This document shows positions 62,038-64,000 of a DNA stretch of 64,000 bases, piece after piece. Both the position numbers and the translations under genes were made by a program. Below the pieces are notes generated by a model. The model made no database searches and was not told where the DNA came from. It saw only the letters and a program-made list of their open reading frames with translations. Each line of letters opens with the position of its first letter. Within the stretch, counting starts at the first letter, position 1. The stretch is from an uncultured Chloroflexia bacterium (GTDB lineage Bacteria > Chloroflexota > Limnocylindria > Limnocylindrales > CSP1-4). The stretch covers positions 144,298 to 208,297 of the forward strand of contig CAVWPX010000008.1 in assembly GCA_963757055.1 (NCBI GenBank), given 5' to 3'.

Positions 62038-63447
62038 TCAGACCTGCTCGGCGGCGGCCTTCGCCGCGGTGGTCCCCGGTTCGGCGCTCCGCGCCTCGGA
62101 GGTCATCGCGTCGGCGGCCTGGCCGATCAGCGGGATCTGGCGCGGCTCGGGGCGTCGGCCCGCATCGGGCACACCCTCGACGTGCCGCGTCCGCACGAAG
62201 GCATCGACCACGACCGGGTCGAACTGGACGCCGGCGAACTTGCGGAGCTCACCGAGCGCCTGCTCCGTGGTGAGCGGTGTCATGCGATAGGGGCGGGCCG
62301 CGGTCATCGCCTCGAAGGCATCGGCCACGTGGAGGACGCGGGCGAGCTTGGGGATCTCGTCGCCGATGAGGCGGTCCGGGTAGCCGGAGCCGTTGTACCA
62401 CTCGTGGTGGTGGCGGATGATCGGCAGCTCGGGGGCGAGCTTCGTGACCGGGGCGATGATCTGCGCGCCGAGCACCGGGTGCGCGTTCATGATCATCCGC
62501 TCCTCGCGGTTGAGGCGCTCCTGCTTGAGCAGGACGTTGTCGGGGACGCCGATCTTGCCGACGTCATGGAGCAGGCCGCCCCAGTTGAGGGCCTCCAGCT
62601 CGGCGTCGTTGACCCGCATGACCCGCCCGATGTCGACCGCGATCTCCTTGACCCGATGGCTGTGGAGGGCCGTGTACGGGTCGCGCTTGTCGACGGCCTC
62701 GGCGAGCGCGCCGATGGTCTGCTCGAACATCTCGCGCATCTCGACGAAGCGCTGGAATGCTAGTCGCGTCGAATAGAGCGGTACCGCGAAGAGGGCCGTC
62801 GCCCACCACTGGACCAGATAGATGGTGGCCATCAACCACGCCAGCGGGGCGAGCGCCACCCAGCTTCCTGCGATACCTCGGAGGTCGCCGATTGTCACTT
62901 CTGACACGCGCTGCCCGGTTCGCAAGCCCAAGCAGGATCGAGGCGAGCATGAGGTTCAAGACAAGGAAGACGCCTGCTGAAATCATCGCGCCGAAGAACT
63001 CGCCCACTGGCCCGTCGGCGACAGTTAGGCAGCCTTGGCGCACGAGCCCAGCGACTACCGCGGGGATGACCAAACCAGCGTGGTTTGCCAAGCGTGCCGT
63101 ACCACGGGATTCGCCCGCGGAGCTCTCGGATCTCGGTGGTTCCGATTGCGGCGACCCAAGCCCCCGCTGTCGGACCACCCAAGAAGATTGAACCCATGAT
63201 TGGCGCGATTGCGACGGCGTGCTGGGTGCCCCTGGGAAGCTGCACCGGCAAGGCTGATCCAACCAGGGCCAACAGAGTCCAGAACGCCACTCCCAAGAAG
63301 GTTTCGAGTCCCGGGCTGGGTTCACCGTGTCGAATCGTGCGCCATCGCGATCTTGGGATCGACAGGAATCACAAGAGTCGCAGCCACGAGTGCAACAGCA
63401 CTCAGAGCCACGACTCCGGCGATGTAAAGCTTCAGGGACTTCGGCAT
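62038..63447 (-). CDS. Membrane-anchored HD-GYP domain protein (putative c-di-GMP phosphodiesterase). The frame is interrupted about 3 times (near 63315, 63090 and 62900).
   Basis: The C-terminal part (ORF 62038..62931) reads ...HSHRVKEIAVDIGR...GGLLHDVGKIGVPDNVL...HPVLGAQI...IIRHHHEWYNGSGYPDRL...HVADAFEAMTAARPYR. The N-terminal TM helices are MPKSLKLYIAGVVALSAVALVAATLVIPV..., ...FLGVAFWTLLALVGSALPV... and ...AMISAGVFLVLNLMLASILLGL..., spread over three frames. Confidence 0.78.
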
Positions 63448-63560
63448 GGACTGCCTTGTGCGCTGGTCCACTACCCGTGAACTCTATCCCCTCCGAGTTC
63501 GTTCGGGGTAATGGGAACAACGTACTAGAAACCCCTCAGAGAAGCTCCACCTGCGGCTGC

Positions 63561-63597
63561 GATCATCGCCACGCTCGAGAGCGTCAACGATCATCGC
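63561..63597. promoter_or_regulatory. Direct repeat flanking a short inverted repeat, upstream of the HD-GYP gene (candidate operator).
   Basis: gatcatcgc (63561-63569) ... acgctc-ga-gagcgt (63571-63584) ... gatcatcgc (63589-63597). Confidence 0.2.
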
Positions 63598-63687
63598 AGA
63601 AACTTGGCCTTCACGACTGGGTTCCTACCAGCCCTTGACCGACTCGGGATTTCACGCTCGAACCTCCTTTGCGGCCCTCGTGCTCTA

Positions 63688-63719
63688 GGAACACGAAAAC
63701 CGACCAGCTAGTGGTCGGT
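63688..63719 (-). terminator. Rho-independent terminator on the minus strand (for the BTAD gene or an intervening transcript).
   Basis: accgacca pairs with tggtcggt (63699-63719) across a 5-nt loop, followed on the minus strand by TTTCGTGTT. Confidence 0.45.
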
Positions 63720-63859
63720 CGGTTGCACTACTCGCTCCGCTCCACCCTAAGTGCCCATTTCAGGTGGTGCTTCCGCGCGTCCGAGCGTCTTAACATTGCT
63801 TCCTAGTACCGGAGTACTACGAAGTGGCCGGACTATAGGGACGCCGCACCTGAACCGGT

Positions 63860-64000
63860 CAATACGGCACCTTACCTATCCCTACAACGAATTCGAGCGC
63901 GGGTGGCTCGACGCCGAGGTGATCGCGCAGGACAGCCGAGTAGTGCGCGTACTGCTCCGCGGCTGCCGAATGAGACCCGGTGAGTCGGTAGAGCCGCAGC
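63860..64000 (-). CDS. 3' end of a BTAD-domain (SARP/AfsR-type) transcriptional regulator gene. It is 5'-partial and runs off the window.
   Basis: The minus-strand translation LRLYRLTGSHSAAAEQYAHYSAVLRDHLGVEPPALEFVVGIGKVPY* resembles the C-terminal helices of BTAD domains (...A...Y..lr..L.deLGieP...l). Confidence 0.5.

Noticed and set aside
63640-63680. A tRNA-like GGTTCGAGC motif on the minus strand.
   Set aside because: The flanking bases do not form a T-stem, and no acceptor, D or anticodon arms can be drawn. The motif is part of the AAAGGAGGTTCGAGCGTG ribosome-binding-site-like sequence.

Overview
The window is a very GC-rich (roughly 70% by eye), gene-dense chromosomal segment. Its gene content looks like a high-GC monoderm-type bacterium (Actinomycetota- or Chloroflexota-like). 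I could not run any searches, so all family calls rest on motifs I recognise in the translations.

Gene order, left to right:
- 3' end of a large repeat adhesin gene.
- A complete F1Fo ATP synthase operon (atpZ-like, then atpBEFHAGDC), followed by murA and mreB.
- A translationally coupled PHP-phosphoesterase / UPF0104 membrane-protein pair.
- An XRE regulator flanked by GC-rich repeats.
- A GT-C glycosyltransferase, nfo, a DUF2087 gene, hpf and comF.
- A Tad/Flp pilus locus on the minus strand: DUF192, tadC, tadB, tadA/cpaF, REC-cpaE, cpaB and four flp pilin genes.
- Directly upstream of the pilins, a DegS/DegU-like kinase and regulator plus a degenerate kinase paralogue.
- A block of about 29 kb (29.3-58.4 kb) dominated by about 15 polytopic GT-C/DUF2029-type membrane glycosyltransferase paralogues. 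It also holds three polyprenyl-phosphate-sugar synthase-like GT2s, a GT4, a CelD-like acyltransferase, a nucleotide-sugar dehydrogenase, two SDR epimerases, a membrane-fused spermidine-synthase-like protein and a PIG-L deacetylase.
- pcm, a DUF5317-MFS fusion, an HD-GYP phosphodiesterase, a lower-GC mostly non-coding stretch, and the 3' end of a BTAD-type regulator gene.

The glycosyltransferase supercluster is the most unusual content. Its possible GPI/PIM-like logic and the kinase / pseudo-kinase / pilin arrangement are the next most interesting points.

One caveat affects everything. Roughly 30 reading-frame breaks are visible, including one in the essential gene atpA, and most sit at short G/C runs. 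I think the sequence carries indel errors rather than true pseudogenes. Many gene coordinates below therefore span more than one ORF of the supplied track.

I found no rRNA, tRNA, CRISPR array, transposase or integrase.
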